This document shows positions 1-8,177 of a stretch of DNA of 22,430 nt, in pieces (position 1 is the stretch's first letter; each line of letters begins with the position of its first letter). The DNA lies in the UHGV virus genome UHGV-0073206; one strand, written 5' to 3'. The notes beneath the pieces were generated by a model that saw nothing but the letters and a program-made list of their open reading frames with translations, was not told the origin of the DNA and ran no database searches. This stretch comes from a virus. The position numbers and the translations under genes were made by a program.

Positions 1-864
1 ATGAAGAACACAAGTAAGTTCCAGAATGTAGTGATTGTCACTATTGTCGGTTGGCTTGTGTTGTTTGTCTTTCTGCCCAACCTGATGATCATTGGCACCA
101 GCTTTTTGACCCGCGACGACGCCAGTTTCGTCAAAATGGTCTTTACGCTGGATAACTACACGCGTCTGCTCGATCCGCTCTATTTTGAAGTGCTATTGCA
201 CTCGCTGAATATGGCGCTGATCGCCACCCTCGCCTGCCTGGTGCTGGGCTACCCGTTTGCCTGGTTTCTGGCGAAGCTACCACACAAGGTGCGTCCGCTG
301 CTGCTGTTTCTGCTGATTGTTCCCTTCTGGACCAACTCACTGATTCGCATCTACGGGCTGAAAATTTTCCTCAGCACCAAAGGCTATCTCAACGAGTTTT
401 TGCTCTGGCTGGGCGTTATCGACACACCAATTCGTATCATGTTCACGCCCAGTGCGGTGATTATCGGTCTGGTTTACATTCTGCTACCGTTTATGGTGAT
501 GCCGCTGTACTCCAGTATCGAAAAACTGGATAAGCCGTTGCTTGAGGCGGCGCGCGATCTCGGTGCCAGCAAGTTACAGACTTTTATCCGTATCATTATT
601 CCACTGACGATGCCGGGAATTATTGCCGGATGTCTGCTGGTGATGCTGCCAGCGATGGGCCTGTTCTATGTATCCGACCTGATGGGCGGTGCGAAAAACC
701 TGCTGATCGGTAACGTCATCAAGGTCCAGTTCCTCAATATTCGTGACTGGCCGTTTGGTGCAGCCACCAGCATTACGCTGACTATCGTAATGGGCCTGAT
801 GTTGCTGGTTTACTGGCGCGCTTCTCGTCTGCTGAATAAGAAGGTGAGCGAAATAGATGATTAA
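1..864 (+). CDS. potB: Spermidine/putrescine ABC transporter permease PotB (host gene)
   Basis: 287-aa ORF beginning at window position 1 (MKNTSKFQNVVIVTIVGW...), multi-pass hydrophobic protein with ABC-permease EAA-type loop (LLEAARDLGASKLQTFIRIIIPL); recognised as E. coli PotB. No potC follows; sequence downstream is AT-rich non-coding then phage genes, so the last few codons may be insertion-derived. Confidence 0.9.
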   Translation: MKNTSKFQNVVIVTIVGWLVLFVFLPNLMIIGTSFLTRDDASFVKMVFTLDNYTRLLDPLYFEVLLHSLNMALIATLACLVLGYPFAWFLAKLPHKVRPLLLFLLIVPFWTNSLIRIYGLKIFLSTKGYLNEFLLWLGVIDTPIRIMFTPSAVIIGLVYILLPFMVMPLYSSIEKLDKPLLEAARDLGASKLQTFIRIIIPLTMPGIIAGCLLVMLPAMGLFYVSDLMGGAKNLLIGNVIKVQFLNIRDWPFGAATSITLTIVMGLMLLVYWRASRLLNKKVSEIDD

Positions 865-1263
865 TCCTTTATATTCAATGAAATAAGTTAGTTTTTAAAG
901 GGTTTTGTTGTTGAAAGAAACAGTATTGTATATTTCACCAAAATCAATCAGTTGCGTTCTAGTTTTGGAGAATGTTTTTTGAGGCTTTTTGTTAAAGCTT
1001 GTTATGCATTGCCTCAATTAATAACCTTTTTCCCAGCCCTCCCAACCGTTAAAAAGTCGGGAGGGCTTCAGGCACCAGTTGCAATTGATTTATTGGCCAA
1101 TACCAAACGCTCGGATTGAACCCAAATCCCCCAGGTTATTCAGTTCTTCCTTCATCTCCCGCTGACGTTGATAAATCTCGTGATTGCGATCGACCTGCGC
1201 CTGCGCCACCTGTCAGCGCACCTGATATCACTACAGACATAGTTTTTCTCGCGATAAATTAAA

Positions 1264-1794
1264 TCAGGAAGAGGCTTCCGGAGAGACGGGCCATTCAATG
1301 GCGTTATATGAGGTTTTATCAGTGATGGTGCTGAAATCCATCGCCTGCAGCGATTTCGCGTAAATGCGCCAGACTGTCAGCTTTTCTTTTTCTTCATCAC
1401 CGATGATTCCCAAAAGTAAATCCGTCTTCTTATCGGATATTTCCCGTTCGGCAATCGCAGTAAGACGTGCACGCTCCGACTCTGCCTGCTGCCTGTAGTC
1501 AACAGGGACCGGTAGTACTTCACCGTCTTTATAATACCAGCGCGCCTCTATACAAAAGCCATCCGGTAGTTCATCCACTTCCACAATGGTAAAACCAACG
1601 GGATAAAGACGGGATACATCTTCCGCCACGGAATAAATAACGCCGGTTTCAGGATGCGTGCACAGCTTGTATTTCTTCGTGAATTTATCCAGTGATTCAT
1701 AAAAATCCTGCCCGTCTTCACTACGGAAATACTGAATGCCGTCACCATAAGGCATGTCTTCAGGGTAGTAACGCGTAATGTTTGAGAGTTCCAT
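1264..1794 (-). CDS. Phage tail fiber assembly protein (Tfa family)
   Basis: Start at internal Met (MELSNITRYYPE...) preceded by strong SD AAGGAG; C-terminal region (...DLLLGIIGDEEKEKLTVWRIYAKSLQAMD...IEWP) resembles tail fiber assembly chaperones. The listed ORF 1264..1830 is an N-terminal over-extension. Confidence 0.65.
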   Translation of the reverse strand: MELSNITRYYPEDMPYGDGIQYFRSEDGQDFYESLDKFTKKYKLCTHPETGVIYSVAEDVSRLYPVGFTIVEVDELPDGFCIEARWYYKDGEVLPVPVDYRQQAESERARLTAIAEREISDKKTDLLLGIIGDEEKEKLTVWRIYAKSLQAMDFSTITDKTSYNAIEWPVSPEASS

Positions 1795-1808
1795 TATTTT
1801 CTCCTTAA

Positions 1809-2813
1809 TTAACCTGATACAGATCGCCATGCACCATTAATATAAATCTGAGCCTGTTTGTAATACACGCCACCGATATTGTCTGCAGAGTTACGGCCAG
1901 TATCCTGAACATTAATGCCTGACAAAACACAACCAGAAGGTGCTCGAAACGTCCAGCTGTGCTCGTTCTGGTCCTGAGTAAACGTGACTTCCGAAACAAG
2001 CAGTTCGGTATTGTCGAAACCACAGACCGGATCAAAGACAATCACCCGCTGGTTGGGTTGCCACAGCGTACCGTTACCCTGTCGCCAGCCCTGCACCACA
2101 TAGGTGGTTTCATCCGTCCGCGCCGCCCGTTGCCGGGCTTCAAAGTCAGCACGCGCAATACAGCCTGCCCCCGTAGCCTGCCCTGTCTGCCTGATATACA
2201 TCGGACGGTAACGGGCAATAAATGCGTCCTCTGTGCGGGCCCTCAGCGCGGTGGTGGTGGCCTCACCGAAATCATCGTCGTTTCCGGCACGCTGCCCCGC
2301 CACCTGGTAAACAGAAAACCGCTCCCGGATACTCTTCTCCGTATCGCAGGAAAGGATGTTTTCCCCGAGCACCAGCGCAGTATGCGCCCGCGTTGAGCCA
2401 ATACCGCCAATCACCAGCCTGCCGTGCGGGTCGTCGTAAGCCAGTGCCTGCTGCTGACCGAGTATTTTGTTGATTACCTCAATCACCGTTTCACCATGAT
2501 CGGGCTGGACGTCAGGAATAACACCCGACGGCGCACCGCTGTTCACCACCTCAATGCCGAAGGGCGCAGCAAGCGCCTGCGCAATCTGTACCAGCGATCG
2601 TCCGTTAAACTGTGTCGGTTCGGCTGCACAGTCAATCAGGTCAGCAGTCAGACTACGTCCGGCAATACCGGTGCTGACCGAACGGGCATCGTAACGAACG
2701 GGGGTCGCCTCCACCCAGCCGGTGATCACCAGTTCATCACCAATCAGCACCTCCACTTTTGAACCGTTTTTAATGCGCGGCTGAAGCGTGGTGATACCCC
2801 AGCTCGCGGACAT
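1809..2813 (-). CDS. Phage tail/baseplate protein (Mu gpP / late-control-D-like), probably a truncated or fused remnant
   Basis: 334 aa from Met with weak SD (GGGAAAG); soluble beta-rich composition typical of myophage baseplate proteins; lies between the tail tube gene and tfa where tape measure, baseplate and tail fiber genes would be expected. Family assignment is from recall and is weak. Confidence 0.4.
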   Translation of the reverse strand: MSASWGITTLQPRIKNGSKVEVLIGDELVITGWVEATPVRYDARSVSTGIAGRSLTADLIDCAAEPTQFNGRSLVQIAQALAAPFGIEVVNSGAPSGVIPDVQPDHGETVIEVINKILGQQQALAYDDPHGRLVIGGIGSTRAHTALVLGENILSCDTEKSIRERFSVYQVAGQRAGNDDDFGEATTTALRARTEDAFIARYRPMYIRQTGQATGAGCIARADFEARQRAARTDETTYVVQGWRQGNGTLWQPNQRVIVFDPVCGFDNTELLVSEVTFTQDQNEHSWTFRAPSGCVLSGINVQDTGRNSADNIGGVYYKQAQIYINGAWRSVSG

Positions 2814-2898
2814 CTTTCCCGGTGGGCTCATCAAACTCCAGTACGGAGAGTGTCTCGCCATGAGCGGTAATCGGTTTCTTTAACTCAAGCTCTTTCAT
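2770..2898 (-). pseudogene. Tail assembly chaperone fragment (42 codons: MKELELKKPITAHGETLSVLEFDEPTGKDVREL...)
   Basis: ATG overlaps the tube gene stop (TAATG) as in sheath-tube-chaperone modules; the frame terminates after 42 codons and overlaps the next ORF, consistent with a deletion removing the frameshift chaperone extension and the tape measure gene. Confidence 0.3.
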
Positions 2899-3254
2899 TA
2901 CTGGTAATCCCCTTCTTCACCGTGGAACTCAAGATCGACCGTGCCTTCTTCGGCATTATGGTTCGCTTCGCCGTGCAGCCAGGCAGACGACAGTACATAG
3001 ACCTGACCGTTCGCCAGCTCGGCAGTGATGGTCATCTCATCAGACGAGGTGATTTTGCTCACCGGAAAATTCTTCGGCACCTTGAAGGTCCCTTTGACAT
3101 AAGGCGCACGGTGAGTTTCCTTGCGGTCCACTGAACCGTCCAGGCCGATGATGTCATCATTGACCGTCCTGTTCATGGGCACCTCAATGCCGCCGGTCAG
3201 TGATAGCTGCTGACCGTCAATTTTGAAATAACAGGTTCCCCCGATACGGGCCAT
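2898..3254 (-). CDS. Phage tail tube protein (Mu gpM-like size)
   Basis: 118-aa ORF immediately downstream of the sheath fragment with start overlapping its stop; size and position match contractile-tail tube proteins. Confidence 0.5.
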   Translation of the reverse strand: MARIGGTCYFKIDGQQLSLTGGIEVPMNRTVNDDIIGLDGSVDRKETHRAPYVKGTFKVPKNFPVSKITSSDEMTITAELANGQVYVLSSAWLHGEANHNAEEGTVDLEFHGEEGDYQ

Positions 3255-4030
3255 TATGCAGACTCCTCTGAATACTGAAGACGGAACTGGTTAACCACGG
3301 CAAAGACACGCAACTGGTTAACATAGTCAGGCGGGAACAGCGTGTTCAGGCGGTTCGGATCGCTGGCATCACGCTCCACAACCAGGTACTGCTTGAACAG
3401 TTCGTAGTTTTCCACGATCCCCGCACGCTCGAGCTGACGGTAGGTTGCCAGCAGTTCCCCTTTGATCACCGCCGGGGTGACAATCGCCTGACCGGGACCA
3501 AAGCGGGTACCGTCACTGGCAAGCTTGTGACGCCCGTACTTACTGGTAATGACGGATTTCAGTTTGCGCAGTACATACGCGCTGGTATGCAGCGTCTCGC
3601 TGTCGAGGTAGCTGTTATCCGCAACCCCGTAAGCGTTTTTCCTGTACGTGGTGACATCACGCTGAATGCGCAGCACCCCGCTTTCGACATACGCCGTTGC
3701 CACGCCATGAGACAGCAGGGTCTGCTGCTCGGTCATTGTGAACCGTTTCCCCTTCGGCGCAGGCAGCATACCCACCAGCTCACCGGTCTGCGTGGGACGT
3801 GCCGGATCGTTGCGGATAAACACTGCCGCGCGGGCGGTACGGCTGGCTGCCAGCTCGTCGGCAGGCGTCTGGGTGTCTTTTTCGTACCCCGCCAGGGTAA
3901 TGTGCTGCTGGTTAAACTGGTCACCTGCGGTCACCAGTTCTGACAGCGTGCCGGTCTTTGCCGTATACACATGACCATACAGCTGACGCGCATAGCTCCA
4001 GCGACCGCTGGTATCGTTCATCTCGGTCAC
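3254..4030 (-). pseudogene. Tail sheath protein, C-terminal fragment
   Basis: 258-aa ORF directly upstream of the tube gene; sheath proteins are normally larger than 350 aa; the 5' end overlaps the out-of-frame tail of the terminase fragment, indicating a deletion junction near 4030-4090. Confidence 0.5.
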
Positions 4031-4595
4031 CGTCCTCCGGACGGCTCATGCTTTGAGCATGTACTTCAATACCAAATGCTTCACGCAATGGCTCCGTGCG
4101 TTGCGCCATCAGTCTGGCTGGACGAAAAACTTCCCACGCCTGTTTCTCTGTTGTGGCCCCGGAATACACTTCAGCGCCAAATTCATCATCGCAGGCAAAC
4201 ATATACAGACCAACGCCAGCAGACATTGCTGATTTCCCGTTTTTACGGGGTATTTCGTTGTAAGCCTCGCGAAATCGACGCAGACCGCTCTTTTTTCTCA
4301 CCCACCCAAACACAACACAGATACAGAACAACTGCCAGGGTTCAAGCGTAATGGGCATCCGCTTAAATGCCCACTCCCCTTTGGTGTGTGGCAAAAGCTG
4401 GATAAATTTCGCCACCCGCTCAGCTTTATCTTTATCAAATTTAAACGGATAGTTTTTTTTAACTGAATTTTCCAGGTCATCAAGGTGACGCTGGCAGGCT
4501 AGAACGACATAACGGCAAACCTGAATTTTTCCGCGAACCACGTCACGTGCATACTGATTTGCGGCATTAACGTTCACGTAATTTTTTCGTGTCAT
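3921..4595 (-). pseudogene. Terminase large subunit, N-terminal fragment (truncated)
   Basis: N-terminal ~180 aa ([20 protein letters not shown]...PITLEPWQ...[19 protein letters not shown]...) look like TerL and its ATG overlaps the terS stop; thereafter the frame carries low-quality sequence and ends at 3921. Full TerL would be more than 500 aa. Confidence 0.6.
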
Positions 4596-5062
4596 AGGTT
4601 TTTAAATGGATTATCGCTCCCCTGCTTCGGCGTGATAAGCCGCTGCCGACTGGCAGGATCGAGTCCTAATAAACTACCGAATGTCACCATTTGTCTGGCG
4701 GCCTCATTTGCCGCCGTGAGTGCCGGGTTTTTCTTTGGCCCCGCCTCACTCTCTACCGTAATCCCAACGCGCATAACCTCCTGCTGCGACTCATGCCAGT
4801 TGCGAAAAGCAGTGCAGAATGCAACGACGTTGTGCAAATCAGTAACATAAAGAACTCGCTGGGCACAGAGCTCACGAATAATGGTGTCCCACATATGACG
4901 AGCGGTTTCATCAAACCACTCGGGAGGCTCAGCATGGGTGATCGGCGTGAATTTTGGTTCAAACTTATTTAATGCCCGCTTGCCGGGATTGCCTGCCAGT
5001 TCCTTACGGGTAGTCGGCTTCGGCTTTCTCCCTCTTCCGGGCGCAACAGATTTTTCTGACAT
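4592..5062 (-). CDS. Phage terminase small subunit (P27 family-like)
   Basis: 156 aa, basic N-terminus ([21 protein letters not shown]), positioned immediately upstream of and overlapping TerL, downstream of an HNH endonuclease as in HK97-type packaging modules. Confidence 0.7.
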   Translation of the reverse strand: MSEKSVAPGRGRKPKPTTRKELAGNPGKRALNKFEPKFTPITHAEPPEWFDETARHMWDTIIRELCAQRVLYVTDLHNVVAFCTAFRNWHESQQEVMRVGITVESEAGPKKNPALTAANEAARQMVTFGSLLGLDPASRQRLITPKQGSDNPFKNL

Positions 5063-5085
5063 GTCAAATCCTGAAATTTTTAATT

Positions 5086-5165
5086 TCGCGGGTGTAAAAA
5101 TTTGACGAGGCGGGCGGTCCCGGACAGCCAGGGCTGCAGGGATTTGCCCCGCCCCTCCCTACAAG
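5086..5165. other. Candidate cos/packaging recognition region upstream of terS
   Basis: Intergenic GC-rich element (GGCGGGCGGTCC...GCCCCGCCCC) with partial dyad symmetry next to an AT-rich stretch, between the HNH and terS genes where cos sites lie in HNH-dependent cos phages. Confidence 0.25.
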
Positions 5166-5177
5166 TGAGAATAATTA

Positions 5178-5528
5178 TCACCTGATTCGTTCGCGCGCTG
5201 TTTTCGCTTTATGGCAGGGCCAGCACAGACTCTGCAGGTTGCTGTCTGCGTCTGTTCCGCCATGCGCTTTCGGGATGATGTGGTCGACGGTTTTCGCCTC
5301 GCTCACCACACCGGCACGCAGACACAACTGACACAGACCTTTATCGCGCTTCAGAATACGGGCACGAATCACCGTCCATTTTGAGCCATAGCCACGCTGG
5401 TGGCGGCTCAGTCCGCGCTGGTGCTGCACCCAGCCTTCACCACGATGTTTACCACAGTAGCCAGAACTGTCTGTTGTTGTGCCTGCGCAGCCTCGCTTAC
5501 GACAGGCGCGGGGGATCCGTGATGGCAT
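5178..5528 (-). CDS. HNH endonuclease (packaging-associated)
   Basis: Start at Met (MPSRIPRACRK...) preceded by SD AAGGAG; HNH motif DHIIPKAHGGTDADSNLQSLCWPCH and cysteine-rich N-terminus; sits upstream of terS. Confidence 0.75.
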   Translation of the reverse strand: MPSRIPRACRKRGCAGTTTDSSGYCGKHRGEGWVQHQRGLSRHQRGYGSKWTVIRARILKRDKGLCQLCLRAGVVSEAKTVDHIIPKAHGGTDADSNLQSLCWPCHKAKTARERIR

Positions 5529-5590
5529 TGGAATCTCCTTAATACCGACATTATCGCAGCCCCTCACTGAAGAGCTGCTGTAATGCCTGT

Positions 5591-5698
5591 TACTCACGAA
5601 TCAATCGAGCATGTTGACCGCTCATTTCAATGCGTAAGTATTGTGGCTTGCCGTCAATCAACGCGGTGATTAACTTATCACCTGTAGGTTTCCACATA
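5591..5698 (-). CDS. Small hypothetical protein (35 aa, MWKPTGDKLITALIDGKPQYLRIEMSGQHARLIRE)
   Basis: Not in the ORF track (below its size cutoff); ATG preceded by SD AGGAGA at good spacing; fills the gap between the lipoprotein gene and the HNH gene. Confidence 0.3.
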
Positions 5699-5870
5699 AT
5701 TTTCTCCTGTTTTAATGCCCCTTGCCGCCGGGCAGTTGATCAAAGTTCATCTTGATTCGGCAAGATTTAGAATGAATAAGATAAAATTGGCACACGCAGC
5801 AGAATTTCATGCTTTCCGGACGCTGACGCACCCTTCATTTTTCAGCAAAATATTCTGCTCTTACAGGCGA

Positions 5871-6053
5871 TCAGTTCTGCAGACACTGCCGAACACCGTC
5901 GACAATTTCACAGACCTGAGACGCGGTATCGAAAAGCTGGCGCGCCTTATCCAGGCTGACGCACCCCACCAATAAAAAAGGCACCAGTATCGCTACCAGT
6001 GCCCGTTTCACCGCCGTTCGCGGCATTCTGTGTGTCCAGTGTTTTCGCGCCAT
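5871..6053 (-). CDS. Small lipoprotein (signal peptide with lipobox LLVGC)
   Basis: 60-aa ORF with basic N-terminus, hydrophobic core and LVGC lipobox (MARKHWTHRMPRTAVKRALVAILVPFLLVGCVS...); ATG lies 1 nt after the stop of the upstream 37-aa ORF. Confidence 0.45.
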   Translation of the reverse strand: MARKHWTHRMPRTAVKRALVAILVPFLLVGCVSLDKARQLFDTASQVCEIVDGVRQCLQN

Positions 6054-6054
6054 A

Positions 6055-6168
6055 TCACCACCAACGCACAGCCCAAATCAGAACAGCGACCGCCACAAGG
6101 CGAATTGCAAAGGCCGCAGCCCTTGTCAAATCAAGGCTCGCGGGAGTTTCCATTTCAATACCTTTCAT
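6055..6168 (-). CDS. Small membrane protein (37 aa, one TM: AAAFAIRLVAVAVLIWAVRWW)
   Basis: Short ORF downstream of the endolysin terminator, translationally coupled to the lipoprotein ORF; below the ORF-track cutoff. Confidence 0.35.
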   Translation of the reverse strand: MKGIEMETPASLDLTRAAAFAIRLVAVAVLIWAVRWW

Positions 6169-6260
6169 AATGGACAACCTCAAAAAGAATCTTTTATACT
6201 TTCCCACGAGGATTTTCTCCGTACTCACTAATCACAATTTCCCCTTTGACGTGAAAACTA

Positions 6261-6298
6261 AAAACCCCGGACTGTTCCCCCAGCCGGGGTTTTGTTTT
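6261..6298. terminator. Bidirectional rho-independent terminator after the endolysin gene
   Basis: Stem CCCCGG(A)CTG / CAGCCGGGG flanked by A4 on one side and TTTTGTTTT on the other, giving a U-tract in either orientation. Confidence 0.6.
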
Positions 6299-6300
6299 AC

Positions 6301-6684
6301 TTATCGCTTCAGCTGAAAGTGAGGTCCGTCTTTCAGCGTTTTCCAGTCCCCGCCCCATTCGATAGCGATCCCCAGCTCTGCGGCAGCCTGCTTAAATGCC
6401 TGTGCGATTTTCTCGTACAGAGGCCACTCCCATGACACCTGACTGCCAATGTAGGCCACAACATCCACCGCATCACCGGTCAGGTGGCGGCTGTTCATGG
6501 TCTGGCTTTTCCCTTCCGCAACCAGCTGTTTCTGGCGATACTTACTGCGCAGGCCTTCCGTAATACCGAAATCAACCTCCGTCAGCTCCAGCGCACGGCG
6601 AACTACAGCAACCAGCTGTGGTTTGACACCCTCCAGATTTTTTTCACTGCGACGGCTGAATCTGAATTTACCCGGCATATTCAC
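6301..6684 (-). CDS. Endolysin, peptidase M15 family (L-alanyl-D-glutamate peptidase-like)
   Basis: 127 aa; motifs SRHLTGDAVDV and WGGDW...H match zinc-binding residues of M15/VanY-type phage endolysins; ATG overlaps the stop of the upstream membrane protein (ATGA). Confidence 0.8.
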   Translation of the reverse strand: MNMPGKFRFSRRSEKNLEGVKPQLVAVVRRALELTEVDFGITEGLRSKYRQKQLVAEGKSQTMNSRHLTGDAVDVVAYIGSQVSWEWPLYEKIAQAFKQAAAELGIAIEWGGDWKTLKDGPHFQLKR

Positions 6685-6956
6685 CTCAACAATGGAAAGA
6701 TTTTTGTGACGTTCCCGCGTGCGCGTATCACCAGCACGCAGAACAGCAGATTAAAAAACACTTCCAACCAGCCCGTTGCTAACGGGCGACCACACAGATA
6801 GCTGAGGGGCGCAAAGGCATACAGCAGCATCAGCAGCCAGGCCAGCCATGACACCAGCGGTTTATGCCTGGAATCACGGCGACGATAAAAAAAGAGCGTC
6901 AGCACGATAACCGCGCATAACGCCACATTCAGCAATCCGGGAAGGTTACTTAACAT
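6681..6956 (-). CDS. Holin/antiholin-like membrane protein
   Basis: 91 aa from Met MLSNLPGLLNVALCAVIVLTLFF..., 2-3 predicted TM segments; ATG overlaps the upstream holin stop and its stop overlaps the endolysin start. Confidence 0.5.
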   Translation of the reverse strand: MLSNLPGLLNVALCAVIVLTLFFYRRRDSRHKPLVSWLAWLLMLLYAFAPLSYLCGRPLATGWLEVFFNLLFCVLVIRARGNVTKIFPLLR

Positions 6957-7338
6957 TGCCGCCTCCTCCACCCCGCAGGCGGGAGAACACACCGGACACC
7001 AGCGATGCAATATCCTGCTGGTGGATGAACGAGAGAATCTTCACCGACACCACCGAGACCAGCACCGCGCAAAGCGCATCTGCTGATGTAGCGTCATACC
7101 CTGTTTTTGATGCAATCCAGGCTGACAGCACACGCGCTCCCAGCACGCCGACAATAAACGACACCAGAAAATGTGCCACCACGCGCCAGACTGAAAGTGA
7201 CTGTGGCATTGTTGCCACAAATAACGCCCCGGCGAACGCGCCAAACACAATCCCGAAATCCATCCCGGTAAACAGCCCGAATACCGTCGCGCCACCCAGC
7301 GCCGCAGCCGTGCCGGAACCGGATAAGGGTTCAGACAT
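6946..7338 (-). CDS. Putative holin
   Basis: 130 aa, Gly/Ala-rich hydrophobic segments (FGLFTGMDFGIVFGAFAGALFVA), strong SD AGGAGGAAGT before ATG; first gene of the lysis cassette. Confidence 0.5.
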   Translation of the reverse strand: MSEPLSGSGTAAALGGATVFGLFTGMDFGIVFGAFAGALFVATMPQSLSVWRVVAHFLVSFIVGVLGARVLSAWIASKTGYDATSADALCAVLVSVVSVKILSFIHQQDIASLVSGVFSRLRGGGGGNVK

Positions 7339-7394
7339 ACTTCCTCCTGAAAATAAAAAAGGGCCACCAGCGACCCGTAAAAAAACACCCCGTC

Positions 7395-7416
7395 AAAGGC
7401 ATCCGCAGATGCCTTT
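7395..7416 (-). terminator. Hairpin (possible weak terminator or processing site) between the cargo cassette and the holin
   Basis: Perfect hairpin AAAGGCATC-CGCA-GATGCCTTT; the U-tract on the minus-strand transcript is displaced by 9 nt, so terminator function is uncertain. Confidence 0.3.
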
Positions 7417-7425
7417 TGTGTGATG

Positions 7426-7578
7426 TTATTCAGATTTACGCAGTAAAGGCCGGAGCACGACCAGCGCCATCGCCACCAGCACACCATCTGCCAGCACCGA
7501 CATCAGTCGTCCGGTGAAATCAACCACCACTACCAGAAACAACAGGATGACAGCCAGCACAAGGCGCGCACTTTTCAC
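7426..7578 (-). CDS. Small two-TM membrane protein (50 aa), GTG start overlapping the upstream stop
   Basis: V/MKSARLVLAVILLFLVVVVDFTGRLMSVLADGVLVAMALVVLRPLLRKSE; GTG overlaps TGA of the TerB-domain gene (GTGA) with GGAG 9 nt upstream; below the ORF-track cutoff. Confidence 0.4.
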   Translation of the reverse strand: MKSARLVLAVILLFLVVVVDFTGRLMSVLADGVLVAMALVVLRPLLRKSE

Positions 7579-8177
7579 AGGTACTGCTCCAGCGGCAACT
7601 GCAGCGCCTGCGCAATTTTCTTCAGTTGCGCTTCTTCTTCCTGAGCGATACCGTCCTGGTCAGCGATATCCAGACACAGGCACAGCACATTAACTGCATC
7701 ATCAGTACCGGCAACATCAGCCAGCTGACGAAGAGCTTCGGCATTGGCAGAACGCGGCGACGCTTCATAACGGGCGCGGATATTTGCACTCATTTGTGCA
7801 ATCTCACCGGAGAACGGCGCAAAGGCAGGAAGTGCTGCAATGGTTTTTTCCAGTACCGCGATTTCTTTCGCGTCACAGGTGCCGTCAGCGTATGCAATGG
7901 AGTACGCGCCCCAGACGGTCGCCTCCACTGCGTCACGGTTCTCCATCTTCTTCACTTCGGTAATGGCCTTGCGGGTTTTCTTTTTGAAAATACTAAACAT
8001 CGTGACTTTTCCTTTTAGTGGGTGAGCCTGCATAACAAGCTGAGTCAGTATTAACTGGCAGCGTTCGCGTGAAAGGTAAGTATTCTGCGCAATTTCCCCG
8101 ACGGTCGCCGGTTCGGTGACGCTTAATTCATTAAACACCACTCTGGCGGTTTCGGTCATATCCTGCTGTTTTAGCAT
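7575..8177 (-). CDS. HTH + TerB-domain protein (N-terminal winged-helix-like segment, C-terminal TerB-like domain)
   Basis: Best start at Met MLKQQDM (8177) with A/G-rich SD; N-terminal ~55 aa contain an HTH-like segment (TVGEIAQNTYLSRERCQLILTQL); the remainder (MFSIFKKK...YADGTCDAKEIAVLEKTI...DIADQDGIAQEEEAQLKKIAQALQL) matches the two DG..E repeat pattern of tellurite-resistance TerB domains. The ORF-track start at 8300 would include the terminator and is less likely. Confidence 0.6.
   Translation of the reverse strand: MLKQQDMTETARVVFNELSVTEPATVGEIAQNTYLSRERCQLILTQLVMQAHPLKGKVTMFSIFKKKTRKAITEVKKMENRDAVEATVWGAYSIAYADGTCDAKEIAVLEKTIAALPAFAPFSGEIAQMSANIRARYEASPRSANAEALRQLADVAGTDDAVNVLCLCLDIADQDGIAQEEEAQLKKIAQALQLPLEQYL

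Noticed and set aside
865-1263. tRNA gene at the attachment site
   Set aside because: No cloverleaf-compatible sequence (acceptor stem with T-loop GTTC motif) recognised; the junction appears to be within the potB/potC coding junction instead.
1959-4351. Plus-strand ORFs antisense to the tail/sheath/terminase genes (e.g. 1959..2396, 2424..2762, 3527..3943, 3971..4351)
   Set aside because: All are antisense to better-supported minus-strand genes, Arg/Pro/His-rich, and lack SD sequences; treated as chance ORFs.
5715-5975. 86-aa plus-strand ORF between the HNH and lipoprotein genes
   Set aside because: Largely antisense to the lipoprotein ORF and the 35-aa ORF, no SD, unremarkable composition; likely spurious.
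7041-7487. 148-aa minus-strand ORF overlapping the holin gene in another frame
   Set aside because: Trp/Arg/Cys-rich sequence entirely overlapping a well-supported holin ORF and the 50-aa membrane gene; typical spurious overlapping frame.
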